A DNA stretch of 61,390 nt, filler included. It is 4 parts of 4 records of this genome, joined end to end, with 100 filler letters (N's around TTAATTAATTAA, not from the genome) between each part and the next. Parts side by side here need not be neighbours in the genome. Positions count along the whole stretch, not along the records: positions 1 to 11,605 come from SRR22947725_7820; positions 11,706 to 26,261 come from SRR22947725_7831; 2 more parts are not named here. One strand, given 5' to 3'. The notes under the pieces are model-generated. The model had not been told where the DNA came from, did not search any database, and saw nothing but the letters and a program-made list of their open reading frames with translations. Below are positions 1 through 11,814 of the stretch, one piece after another. Numbering within the stretch: position 1 is the stretch's first letter; each line of letters opens with the position of its first letter. The position numbers and the translations under genes were made by a program.

Positions 1-182
1 GCTCGTGCACCCGCACCTCCTGATATATCCTCATCACAGCAACCTCCAGCAACCGTTCAGCACAGCACTGGCGCTGAACCCACCCAAACTGTTTCCCGAA
101 CTTTACCCCAAACGCAACCTGCAGAGGGAAAACCCGGCGCGGCATCTTCCACCTTCTCCACAAACACGTGAGTCTTGCTTAG

Positions 183-1427
183 GTGCCACAGTGCACACCT
201 TTCTCGCTGAATCATGCATGTGCGCACTGCACAGGCACATTGGATGTTATATTCTGGCCCATCAGACACCTCTCCAGAGGGTCTCGTCATATCGTGTTGC
301 CCTGCCGCTACTTCCCTGGCCGGCTCCTCTTTTTTTCGCCCAAGTGCGCATTTATGAACACCCTAACACCACCCTCTTCGTTTGAAACTCGAACCCCTGC
401 GGAATCCGTGACCTCCATGTGTGTCCACCCTCGCCTTCTCCTGCACAGAATCGGAAGGATCAATATTGCATCATCGTCAGCATCTTCTGCCCCAACCTCA
501 GCCCAGCCCATGCCACCCGCCTCAACCTCAGCATCACCAACCATCCGTATACCCCCCTCTGGAGCCCGTACTCCAGCCCCCGCCCCCTTGCTCCAGTATC
601 CGTCGGCGGGTGTTCAGGAACTGCTGGCAAAGCTCCAACCCTTTCAAATGAATCAGGGCGTTCAGATGAAGTACTTCACCCCAACCGCAGCTCCTCCCGC
701 CATTCCCGCCATGCGGCCCTCCATGCCCATCCCGCCAGGAGGCCCGACGCCGATTCACAAACCAGCGACCGCGTCCCCGCCTTCCACAGAAGCGCCCTCC
801 AAACCCAACACCCTCACTTCTGTCGCCCCGCATTCATTCGGGATGGACCACCTCCCGGTCAAGTGTGAAGCGACCGAAGCTGCATCTGCCGAGAAGTCTG
901 CGTCACCCAAGTCTTCGTCCTCACAGTCCACGCCGACTGGTAGCCGGGGCAAGACTGGCCCGTCAGTCGGTGATCGGTCTAAAAATAGGGAGGATGACCG
1001 GCTTAGAATGAAAGAGAGTGACGGTCCGTCCACAGGAAAGGGCCAGGGGCTGGGAACACGCGCCCAGTCAAAATTGCAGCCAGGGGCAGCGTCGTCCCGC
1101 AAGCGTGCCACCACCTCATCGAGGCCAGATACGTCCAAACCCAAAAGAGAAAAGAGGTCGCCACCGTCAAACACACGAACCTCGTCAAGCCGGTCAGCAC
1201 GGAGAACTTCATCTCCTCTCGCCAACTCCTCACCAAAACGACAGCCCGTCACCTCCGGCCGGACGTCGGCCGGATCCAGTAAGGCCGGACATGGCAAGCG
1301 GCGCCCTAGCCGGCTCGAGGTGATGGCCTCGAGCTCGATACCGTTACGCAACACCCGTGGTGTCAACAGGGGCAAGCGTGCGGTGATCAAACCGAACCGG
1401 TTTCATCCAGACTCGGACAGTAACTGA
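183..1427 (+). CDS. Low-complexity Ser/Pro/Arg-rich hypothetical protein (eukaryotic; true start uncertain, possibly ATG near 354)
   Basis: 414-codon open frame, Pro/Ser-rich then Arg/Ser/Lys-rich. No recognisable domain, and long ORFs arise easily at this GC content. Confidence 0.4.
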   Translation: MPQCTPFSLNHACAHCTGTLDVIFWPIRHLSRGSRHIVLPCRYFPGRLLFFSPKCAFMNTLTPPSSFETRTPAESVTSMCVHPRLLLHRIGRINIASSSASSAPTSAQPMPPASTSASPTIRIPPSGARTPAPAPLLQYPSAGVQELLAKLQPFQMNQGVQMKYFTPTAAPPAIPAMRPSMPIPPGGPTPIHKPATASPPSTEAPSKPNTLTSVAPHSFGMDHLPVKCEATEAASAEKSASPKSSSSQSTPTGSRGKTGPSVGDRSKNREDDRLRMKESDGPSTGKGQGLGTRAQSKLQPGAASSRKRATTSSRPDTSKPKREKRSPPSNTRTSSSRSARRTSSPLANSSPKRQPVTSGRTSAGSSKAGHGKRRPSRLEVMASSSIPLRNTRGVNRGKRAVIKPNRFHPDSDSN

Positions 1428-1507
1428 TACGGCCGAGTGGACATATCAGTTGCAGCTCGAGTCTGGATGAAACCGGCAACACAGTAATTGATACGGCCAA
1501 GTGGACA
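1397..1507. repeat. Inverted duplication (about 80-nt hairpin) plus 27-bp direct repeat
   Basis: ccggtttcatccagactcg (1397-1415) is the exact reverse complement of 1458-1476. 1420-1429 pairs with 1444-1453. 1417-1443 recurs at 1481-1507 with 2 mismatches. Confidence 0.9.
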
Positions 1508-2244
1508 CGTAGGCAACACCAGCAGCGACACGAAGAAAATTTTGGAGCACTTCGTCACCAATTTTGAAACACATCTGGGCAGTCAAGCATTTCTCTCTGA
1601 CCCCGCAACCCCCAACAACCCCCCCCAGACAACTCCCGACTATGGCTGCGTGTGCGTGCCCTGGACGACCCCCAGCGCAACAACCTCGACCGGCATTTGG
1701 TATTTTATGTAAATCGAGGCAGCCAAGCGTAGGGATTGAGACTGTCTGACATGTTTGTTTCAGTTCGATTTCAAGGATCGACAAAGTGGTCTGATGCATG
1801 TCAAACCCCGTTTTTTGAACCACCGTGATCGAATATGATGTTCATGCGACGCGCATTCCCACGCCATGGCCCACATCTACACACCACACAGCGTGGCACC
1901 ACTTAGATACGCTGTGTTGTGCGCGGCTATTCGGTGCGTCACAGGATGTAAGCGTCTCAACGCTGTTATCGGTGACTGAAAATTCACAGTAAAGATGACC
2001 CGAGAATATGACGTCACTCTGACTCGAATTCGAAATCTACTCGCAACCCAAAGGTTGTGAACGTGTTACGGGTTGAAGTAGATGCTGACATGTTCAGGTT
2101 TATCAAACAAACCTTGCCACATTGCACACTCTCTCAATGAACGACCTCAGGGCGCACAACCACGCCGTGCCGTAGACACCCCTGTGAGTACGAACCGGCC
2201 AGAAACCAGGCTTCTTGATTGGAAGGCTGGACTCGAGATGCCTC

Positions 2245-3037
2245 TCATGTCGATGCTAGCTCCATCGAGAGCGAAGTGATGACTTCACGGACCTGGAACA
2301 GAAGCGTTTCTGCGAACCCACACCCAGGGCACGGGACGACACCAGAGATTACTTCCGAGAATGTTGAAAGCTCGTACGAGTTCGGGGTGGGATGGGGTGG
2401 TGCGGCTCTCACCAGCCTCGGCCAGATCCTGCTCTAGTCCTTCTGATTCCTTTTCATACTCAGAAGTGACCTGGCGCAGTGCCGCCTCCTGCTGCGCGTG
2501 ATCCTGGCTGCATCGCGCCAAGTTGCACGGGCATGTGTCGGAATCCTACCAACACAGATGACGATGCGGCGAATGTTCTCTTACAGCACGATCGCTCCGG
2601 CCCGTTGGTCCACCAATCTAAAGAATACATGGTGTCAAACCGTACAACACCCCCCCACTGGGATCCCGGGTGGGGTCGGGTGTGCAGGGCCGGGAACACT
2701 CACCAGTCGCCAGGGAGGCGACGAGAGAGCGCCTCCACATGCGAATTTGCCTTTTTTACGAGCGTGGCGTACTCGGTAACCATTTTGTCCATCCTGTTCA
2801 TGTCCTCAGCCGCGAATGGGAGGGGCCCATCTTGTGCAGCGCGGGGTGCATCACGCTGCAGCACACCGATACTCTGTGACATGATCCGAACCTGTGTTGT
2901 GTTTGAACGTGACCAAGTCTGCCCAATGTTTCACCGCACATGTCTGACTCCCATGCACGCCGCGGGAGGCCTCTCACCTGGTCGTCCACAGCGTGCTGCA
3001 ACCGTGTGACTACATCCCCACAGTCCCTGCTCTCCAT
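2245..3037 (-). CDS. MED21: Mediator complex subunit 21 (Srb7), 4 exons: 3037-2978, 2891-2704, 2507-2413, 2309-2245; 135 aa
   Basis: GT-AG splicing gives one frame: MESRDCGDVVTRLQHAVDDQ|VRIMSQSIGVLQRDAP...EYATLVKKANSHVEALSRRLPGDC|QDHAQQEAALRQV...LAEA|ETLLFQVREVITSLSMELAST*. This matches the Med21 pattern (D..T.LQ..V, IG.LQ.dAP, ..aLi..LP, C-terminal coiled coil). Confidence 0.8.
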
Positions 3038-3258
3038 TCCAAACTGAAAGTACGGCCCACCGGCCACGAGACACCTGAGCGAACTATTGTACCTCCCGGA
3101 CCAGCCGTTCCCCAAAGGACAGCGAATCCCCCGTGGGTGCCCCGAGGCAACGCAACTGGCCTTGGGCCGCCACGCCGGAGGTATCCCCAACAGCCTCCCC
3201 CCCCCAAGTTGCGGTTCTGGTTTTGGTTGGTTGGTTGTTGAACGCGAACGAGGACCTG

Positions 3259-5986
3259 ATGTCGGCGCTTTGCTCCCATGCGCGCTTTCGCCTTCTCCCA
3301 TCCTGCCGCCACTTCTCAGCTTTGTCCGGAATCGACGTGAGTGATGTGCTGCTTTTGTATGCCTATTGTGCATTTTCAGTCCTGGTGCCCTCCGGATCAT
3401 TGCCCGCGGCGATATGTTGGCCGTCCAGTGTGGAAACTGTTTACCCTCAGCGTTGCTCGCAGGTCTGATCGGATCCGACCCACACACGCGCGTGCAGGTT
3501 TCCAAGCTGGTGGTGTCAAAGACGTCCGCGCCCAAGCCCAAACCAGTGCGTGCCCATGTCACCGTATGCACGGCGAACCCGGGCGACGGGCATTGGGCAG
3601 CCTCTCTCATGGGGCCAGTGCCAACGCGTTTCGTTGCACGTCCCTGAACAGTGCTGCATATGCGTGTGCGCAGGATATGGCCGTCACCGCGTTCGGACAA
3701 GCGTTCTCAGATCACATGCTGACGGTTGAGTGGCACAGAGACAAGGGTTGGATGGCACCCAAGGTGCTCGGCGCACGCACCGTTTTCCAGGCTACTCGCT
3801 CTAGCGCCGCCACCAATTCTTATCTGATACTATCGCCAATCTTCTCCCGGACTGCTTCGTTATGACCATCATCATCCCCGTCAGGGCCAGATCATCACCA
3901 CCGCCACCACCCAATCCCGACGCGCGTGTTTCAGATCATCCCGCACGGACCTTTGTCGCTGGACCCGGCGGTATCTTCCCTCCACTACGCTCTGCAGGGA
4001 TTCGAGGGGATGAAGGCGTACAAGGATAAGGAGGGAAGAATCCGAATGTTTAGACCCGACATGAATATGGCCAGATTCAATACCACGGCAGCCAAGATGA
4101 GTCTGCCCACCCTGGACGGAGCGCAGCTGATCGAATGCATCAAAGAGCTGCTACGTCTTGATCAATCATGGATTCCCGAAGAGAAGGGGTACTCGTTGTA
4201 CATTCGACCCACCATTATCAGTACCGAAGCCACGTTGGGAGTCCAAACCCCCAGCCAGGCCATGGTGTTCGTCATTACCAGCCCGGTTAGTCCTTCGCCT
4301 TTTCTCGTGTCATTCGACCGCGGACCACTGCCTGCTGATCCTGGTCTTCGCATCGGCTGCTGAAGCCGGGCGCGACGAAACTCGCACCACTGCCTGCAAC
4401 ATTGACAGCCCACTCGCCCGCACGCCGCCGGCGGCAGCAGTAACAACAGCGAGGAGCAGCCGCACGCGATAATGATTTCAATGACCAACTCAATGACTGG
4501 GCGGGGCAGGTAGGGCCATACTACAAGACAGGTTTCAAGGCCATCGATTTGTTGGCAGAGTCTGATTACGTTCGAGCCTGGCCGGGTGGCACTGGCGACG
4601 TCAAATGTGGCGGCAACTATGGATGTGAGGAGTGCGGGTTGGGTTGTGTGGAAGTGCGGATACGCTGCCTACCTCGCGGATCCACACGACATGCGCTTGA
4701 GTGCGGCCACGGTGGCCCCTGCTGCGGTTGCCAGGAGGAGAGCATGATCGTCCTTGCTCCCACGATCGCGCGCGCGTGCCATCATCACAGGTACCATCAA
4801 TCCCGCCAAGGGGGCCGAGGCTGAAGGTTGCGCCCAGCTGATTTGGCTGTTTGGTGAAGAGGAATATGTGACGGAGGTATGCATGAGCACCAACGTCCAA
4901 AGTGCGTGCTGTGAGCGTGTGCGTACGGATGTTCCATACGCACTGAATTTGAATTTGGCGGATTCGAAAGGGCTCACCTGTCACCGAGGAAACAAAAAAA
5001 GACAAAACTGCTCCTTTCTAACAGGTAGGGTCAATGAATCTTTTCTTTCTGTGGAAGAAGAAAGACGGCAGCGGGACTGAGCTCATCACCGCACCACTGG
5101 ACGGTACGATTCTGCCTGGAGTTACGCGCGACTCAGTGCTGCAGCTCGTGAGTCATCCTCGTTCTCCACCAAACCGTAGCTTGCTGGTAGGGGCATTCTT
5201 TGAGAAACGGTTTCGTCACGAGTTTTTGCGCTGCACGCCACTCCACAACAACACACGGATCCGCCACCACGACCGGATTCCTGCGTGAAACAGGCACGCG
5301 AGGAAGGGAAGCATACTGTGTCCGAACGGAGTTACACCATTCACGACGTGAAGGAGGCGGTGGACCAAGGGAGGGTGAGAGATGCGGACTGTGCTGCCTT
5401 GACCGGATCCAGACGATTCACGCACGCAACCTTCGACCCACCCCACTCTTTTTGCACGACACGGTTCGATATTATAGACGGTGAAGTGGCCAGTCGGCAT
5501 GCCGGCGTATGTTTGTGGTTGTCTGGCTTAACGTGCCCACATTGACGCAGATGATCGAAGCGTTTGGGGCTGGGACTGCGGCACTGGTGTGCCCCATCAA
5601 GGGCATCCAGTATAAGGGGCAACGCATGGCGATTCCTTTGGATCCGAATGACCCAACATCGCAGGTGAGGTGCCGTTACGATACATTTTTGCACTGCCTG
5701 TCGAGGCAGGTGTCGCGTGTGCATGGAGCTGCAAGTGCGCGCGCGGGGGAACTTTCCCACCGCTTTGTGTTTAATCTCCAGACCAAGGGTTGTGTCTGTT
5801 GGCGTCTGTGTGTGTGACCAAAGCCGTCTCACTTTGGCTGACGTGGGCGGCGCTGGTTATCATGAGTTGGCCACCCCGTATACACCACAAACACGGCAGG
5901 CTGGCGCATTCACACAAGCCATGCAGACGAAAGTGACCAGTATCCAGTACGGGGAGACGGATCACCCCTGGTCGATCGTGGTGTAG
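3259..5986 (+). CDS. BCAT: Branched-chain amino acid aminotransferase, probably mitochondrial, 10 exons: 3259-3336, 3498-3545, 3674-3763, 3935-4285, 4510-4624, 4791-4876, 5025-5147, 5294-5374, 5551-5664, 5900-5986; 390 aa
   Basis: Motifs [45 protein letters not shown] (PLP Lys), [31 protein letters not shown]...HPWS. All nine introns are GT-AG and keep frame. The N-terminus is Arg/Ser-rich, like a transit peptide. Confidence 0.93.
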
Positions 5987-7096
5987 AACTACAACCCTGC
6001 ACTTTAACCTTCGCCTTGGAGGTTACTGTCTTTGCGAGCCTCGACCTACACACACATCGTGACAGACGCGGGCATCGCCATGTCACCGAAATACCTTTGG
6101 AACTCAATCTTGTGTTTGGAGTGTCCTCCACGGAATAAATCATGACAGCATTGGTGTTCATCTGGGTACGGGCTATCTTTCATCTTGGTGACTGTGTGAC
6201 GGCCAGATAACACTTGTAATGCAACGCCAAATGTCCACCTGGTACCGCCCTATACAGTGGAACCACATCACGCGCATCGATGTGACCTGGCAGAGCGGCC
6301 GTCGCACAATCTCGGCACAGCAGATGAGGCAGATGGAGAATTCAATATCATTGCTCACTGCTTTCTGACGAAATGGGGTCATATTTTTAGACATGGCAGC
6401 TCCATGCATGTTCCGGACGTCTCATCGCACGCAGGTGTCAACGACGACGATGATGAATAGAGACGCAGTCGTAAAAGATGGGAAGCTATCCCTATCATTG
6501 AGATGATGATGTTATTTTTGATGATGACAATGATGATAACGATCTGATAGGAGCGGTCAGGAAAGACTGGATCCCGGCAATGTATGCGTACTGCTCGTTG
6601 AGACGGTGGATGGAATGCTTGTGAGCGAGTTCGATGATGACACATGTGTCATGGCGTGTTAGAGTTGACAGCGACTTCCACTGGAGCTCCTTGTTGGCGA
6701 GAACCTGTTGGTAGGGGCGTGCAGAAACTTGGCAGATGGCAGTGAAAGGGATTTGGTCTTGTGCAAGTGATCATCCTCTCTACTCCTCTTGCGTTCGCGA
6801 CTACAAATGCCATTCGAGAGTATTTGTGACCTGCTTCCTGACGACCTACTGATATAATAGAAGCATTCTTCGATTCACAATTTTGAAAATGTTCCACAAT
6901 GACCATGGTCACGTTGCTGTTGTGATGAGTTGACATAGCTGCATGTTTGCCCAGAGAATCAATGTCACAATGCCAGTGCGCCCGCTTTTAATTGCCCACG
7001 TATGCTGTATGTGTGGCATAGGGCCAGTGCCGGCGTGCGAAACGTAAAACACAGTGATAAAACATTAAGAAACGACTTTATACATCCTCGATATGA

Positions 7097-7856
7097 TCAT
7101 TGCTGTGCTGCCATCGCATCTGCCGCTGCATCTGCCGCTGCATCTGCCGCCACCGTGGCCGCGTTGTTGTTGGCAGCCATGTAAGCGGCGACCTCGGCAG
7201 CCGTTTTGTCTCGGGCGACTGCCTCTGCTGCTGCAGCCTCGTGTGCAGCCTTATTTAGATTCTCCATGTGCGCCTCCGCCGCAGCAGCCGCCTGCCTCCT
7301 CTTACACTCCTCTCCCTTGCACTGATATTGGCCGTGGTACCCTTCCTTCATCGGCATAATCTTCCATTGCCGCCATTCAAGCTGCGGGCATGTTCCGATC
7401 TCGATGATGTAATTCTCCTTGTTCCCAAGCACCGTCTTCATTTCCTTCGCCCTGATTCCGTCGTCAACCTTGATCAGCAGATGAACTCCCAACCGGCCCT
7501 TTTCCAGTGTATAAAACTGCACGTCACCCTTCTTCTGGTCCAGCCTGATTCCCCACATTGTTGGCGCCTTGAGACCGCCTGTCAGTTTGCCGTCGTAATC
7601 TTGGTACAGATTGCCCGCCTCGGGAACGATACTTTCAAAGTAGGTCTGTCCATTGTCCTCGTTCTGGTGAATTTGCCACCGCTGAAGCGGGTTGTTCTTC
7701 CAGCAACCGTCCAAGAAAATTTCGCCAGCACGAGGATGGCCCGGCTTGCCCTCAGAGATGACGAGGCAGCTGCATAGTTAACCATAGGTTTCGTCAGGAT
7801 CAGAGTTTGTTCCCTGCTCACGAGGAGGCAAGGGGCTGGGCGGAACATCGAGACAT
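7097..7856 (-). CDS. Hypothetical protein with ricin-B/beta-trefoil-like QxW motifs and an Ala-rich tail (probable exons 7856-7822, 7769-7097)
   Basis: The 205-aa ORF extends upstream through a 52-nt GT-AG intron: CLVISEG...IFLDGCWKNNPLQRWQI...IEIGTCPQLEWRQWKI. The C-terminus is Ala-rich (AAADAAAD). Confidence 0.5.
7116..7151. repeat. 12-bp tandem repeat x3 (GCATCTGCCGCT) encoding AADA repeats on the minus strand
   Basis: Read directly from the sequence. Confidence 0.9.
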
Positions 7857-7959
7857 ATAAAACACACTCCTGTCCTGTCTACCAAATCCACCAAACAACA
7901 ACAGGACAGGGCACCGAACCTCGCAAGATGCGCACACTAGAGAGCTAGCAAAATGTGAC

Positions 7960-9120
7960 TCACTTGTCGGGAAACATGCGCGGCCGAATGGTATAGTTCA
8001 TCATGTCAGGCGGGTCAAAGATCTTGGGAAATTCGGGCGTCTTTGCGGACCCCCAGTGGGTTTCGGCGGTCGTGGTGGCCTGTGCCAGGTCGGTTGCCAG
8101 GGCGGGTTTGGGTGCCTCTGCGACAGGTTCGGCCTCGGGCTCAGGGTTGGGATGGTGGATAGGGGCCTGCAGGACGGGTCCGTCGGGCTTGGCCACGATC
8201 GTGTTGCCCTTGGGTGGCGGTGCCTTCTTCTGGACGAGGGCGAGTCCCACAGGAGGCGGTGGCGCCACAGGCTTGGGCTCGGTGGATTGGGGCACAGGCG
8301 CGACCGGGGCAGTGCCGCCGGTCAGCTTCAGCAGCTGTTCACGCAACTGGTCCGCATCCATGTGGTCAATTGCTTCTTTGGTCAAAGACACGGGTTCGGG
8401 AAGAGCGGCAGCCTCCTGCCCTGTTGCATGACCGGGCTCTGTAGGATGCTGTAAGTCTGTGGCTTTGGGTGAGGTTGCTGGTGCGGCGACAGGAGCGGCT
8501 GCTGCAGGGGTAGCCACATCGTGGTCCCGATGAAGAACCGCACTACCACTCCCAGTTACTTGCACAAGGTTCTGGTTAGCTGCGTGTGCGAGAGAGGCGA
8601 ATGGATTTGTTTCGGGTCTTGGATGACAAGAACAAATATGGGAGTTCAAAATGGCATTGCATTGCAAAGCGTCCTGCACCAAACGTTTGGTCTATCGTGG
8701 TAAGTTGGACTTTACGAGGAGAGGAACTGGCGATAAAGGACGGGAGGAGATATCACAGGCAGGCTTCACCTGGTAATCCATCATGATGAACCAGGCGACC
8801 GTTCAGCTCGACTGCATTCGTTTCCGCCGCCAGGCCCGGAATTTGTTTGCGCTGAGTCATCCGCTTTTTCAAAAGCTGTTATGTTTGGTGTCAGGTCAAG
8901 AGCGGTCGGTTGGTGCAAAAACAAAGACCCTGCTCACGCAAGCGAGGCCAGAATTGGGGCGAGCCAACGGCGCCGGCATCTTGGCAAGATGGCGTGTGGA
9001 ACACTTTAGACATGACGCGATAGTTCTCACCGACGGAATATGCACGCCGGTGGCCTGATAACCGCGTGAAATCGCGTCGACGGCCACGATGGTCGCCAGC
9101 GCGACCACCAGGAGCCTCAT
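7960..9120 (-). CDS. Secreted Pro/Ala-rich hypothetical protein, multi-exon
   Basis: ATG 9120 gives a signal-peptide-like MRLLVVALATIVAVDA. GT-AG junctions join exon LLKKRMTQRKQIPG...HHDGLP in frame to the long last exon ANQNLVQ...RMFPDK*. Internal exon boundaries are partly uncertain. Confidence 0.55.
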
Positions 9121-9735
9121 GTTTGCGAGCCTCTTACTCACGAACTCAGGGGAATGCCTTTCCAGCCGGGGTCCACATATTTACTTTGGATTGGGTTGGT
9201 TACAGGCTTTTGACACAGAGAGTTTTGCCGCTAAGCTGCGTGTGGTGTGGGTGGGTCTGTGTTCGAACAAGCTTGTTGAAGAAGCTGTAGCGAAGGGCAC
9301 TGGGGGGCCACATTGTTTTGTTTTGCCATATACGACACGGTGAGTGCTGGGAGTTGGGAGGTTGTATGCGGTACAGGCGCTGGTTCCGGTTGGTGGGTGC
9401 AGGTGGAAATGATGCGGGTGATGCTGCATGTTGTTTGTGTCGCTGTGTGGGTGACTGCCAAGGTGCTCCACCTTTTGCGTTTGGCACTTGTGGTGAGCTT
9501 TCTTGCACCGTGTACGCATTTTGTGAATTTTCCAATCATATCCGTGGACACACACACGGGAAGAAGCGCGTGACTGTGTGTCTGTGAACCCGTGTGTGCG
9601 TGGAGACAATATGGTGCGGGAGCGTCCGAGGGTTCGATGATCTTGAAAATGAACAGTAGCCAACCGCTGTGCTCGACACCGCACCGCGAATACAACACTT
9701 CAGCAGCATATCTCTGGTGAGGTCCTTATCCCACC

Positions 9736-11294
9736 ATGGCGAAAGGGGAGGATTACAAGTCGAAGAAATTCTCTAAGGATGATGACCCCGAAGAGGAAGA
9801 CAAGGTTTGAGAATGGCCCTGTTTCTGCCTACCGTCTCTGACGATACCCCGTGAATGGCGCTCACGCTCGCGCGTCGACCAATATTCTGTGCACCACCGG
9901 CAGGATTTCAAGCCTCTGGACGAGGAAGACATCGCTCTGCTGAAGACGTACGGACTGGGGCCGTACTCCAAAAAGATCAAATCGGTTGAGACCGACATAA
10001 CCAATCTGCTCAAGAATATCAACGAGATCACTGGCGTGAAGGAGAGCGACACGGGCCTGGCCCCGCAGATATATTGGGACCTGGTCGCGGACCGGCAGAG
10101 GATGCAGGAGGAGCAACCGCTGCAGGTGGCACGGTGCACCAAGATTATAAATCCCAACACTGATGATGCCAAGTACGTGATCAGCATCAAGCAGATCGCC
10201 AAGTTTGTCGTCGCTCTCGGGGACAAGGTATCCCCGACGGACATTGAGGAGGGCATGCGCGTGGGCGTGGACAGGAACAAGTACCAGATCCAGATTCCCC
10301 TGCCGCCCAAGATTGACCCATCGGTGACGATGATGACAGTCGAAGAGAAGCCGGACGTCACATATGACGACGTCGGCGGTTGTAAAGAGCAGATAGAGCG
10401 GCTTCGGGAGGTCGTTGAGCTGCCCATGCTCCACCCCGAAAGATTCGTCAACCTGGGCATCGATCCGCCCAAGGGTGTCCTGCTGTTCGGCCCTCCTGGC
10501 ACCGGCAAAACCCTCTCCGCACGTGCCGTCGCCAACAGGACGGACGCCTGCTTCATCCGGGTGATCGGATCCGAGCTGGTGCAGAAATATGTGGGAGAAG
10601 GTGCACGTATGGTCCGCGAGCTGTTCGACATGGCCAAGTCCAAGAAGGCGGCCATCGTCTTCTTCGACGAGATCGACTCGATTGGCGGTGCCAGGCACGA
10701 TGACGGCCAGGGCGGTGATAACGAAGTGCAACGGACCATGCTGGAGATTGTCAACCAGCTGGATGGTTTCGATACACGTGGTAACATCAAGGTACTGATG
10801 GCCACGAACCGCCCTGACACTCTGGACCCCGCTCTTCTGCGACCCGGCCGCCTCGACCGCAAGGTACGCTCAAACATTGCCTTGACCCCACCTCGGCCCA
10901 GCAGCCCCCAATTGGCGGGTCGCCAAACCCTGTCACACGCGTTCCAGTGTGCTGAACATCCCTCGTCTCGCTTTCCATGTGACCGACCTGCAACGTGCAC
11001 TGGCGAATATCTACCGTCATTCAATATCACGCCGTATTCCTGCATCACGCTGCAAGCCTGCCATCCGTCTGCATCACACTGCACCCCCGGTCTGCAACAT
11101 ACCGACAGGTGGAATTTGGGCTGCCTGACCTGGAGGGCCGGGCCAAAATCTTCAAAATTCATTCTAAGAGCATCAATTGTGAACGTGATATCCGGTGGGA
11201 GCTGCTGGCGCGCTTGTGCCCCAACAATACTGGTGCTGAGCTTCGCAGCGTGACAGTTGAGGCAGGAATGTTTGCTATTCGCGCTCGTCGGAAG
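9736..11294 (+). CDS. PSMC2: 26S proteasome regulatory AAA ATPase subunit 7 (Rpt1), exons 9736-9804, 9904-10863, 11109-11294; 3' end lost at the contig edge
   Basis: [33 protein letters not shown], Walker A GPPGTGKT, Walker [31 protein letters not shown]. Kozak-like ccaccATGg. Confidence 0.96.
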
Positions 11295-11605
11295 GTCAGT
11301 GACCGCCGTCGACACCGGCCTGGGGGTAGGACGTGGGTGCTGCGGTGACGTGCCGGTTGAGGGTTGGTGTGTTTAGATGACGACTGAGTGAGAGGGTGCG
11401 TCTGAATGGCCGGACCTCCCTGTGCAGGTTGAGGTGTAGCCATAGGTAGTGCCGGGGCATCGTGATTTATTCATTCATTGGGGTGACGGTGGTTGAGTGG
11501 CCTGTCTAGGCATGACCATGGCGAGTGGCGGCCGATGCTCAAGCCATCTCTTTTGACATTGATGATGCGTGTCGTGGATATATCAGGAGGTGCGGGTGCA
11601 CGAGC

Positions 11606-11705
11606 NNNNNNNNNNNNNNNNNNNNNNNNNNNNNNNNNNNNNNNNNNNNTTAATTAATTAANNNNNNNNNNNNNNNNNNNNNNNNNNNNNNNNNNNNNNN
11701 NNNNN
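11606..11705. other. Artificial contig linker
   Basis: N44 + TTAATTAATTAA (stops in all six frames) + N44. Taxonomy changes across it. Confidence 0.99.
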
Positions 11706-11814
11706 GGCCCTGACAATTGATTGCCAAAAAACAGCTGAACCCTTACGATAGACCCTGCTTTTTTTAACGCGCTTTAAACCTTTCAAATCTTTTTTATCAT
11801 CAGGGAGCCATCAC

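Noticed and set aside
1417-1507. CRISPR-like repeat-spacer-repeat (27-bp repeats, 37-bp gap)
   Set aside because: There are only two copies, the gap is an inverted copy of the flank, the contig is eukaryotic and no cas genes are present.
1886-1917. 9-bp stem hairpin as a Helitron or MITE end
   Set aside because: No CTRR terminus, target-site duplication or second copy is visible.
2798-3700. 300-aa minus-strand ORF
   Set aside because: Only about 20 codons (MED21 exon 1) are supported; the rest overlaps the promoter region and BCAT antisense.
6000-7090. Short ORFs and a GAT-rich tract (about 6440-6550)
   Set aside because: No recognisable protein motifs or consistent exon chain; likely UTR or intergenic low-complexity sequence.
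9753-11315. 520-aa minus-strand ORF
   Set aside because: It is the antisense shadow of the codon-biased RPT1 gene and runs through its introns.
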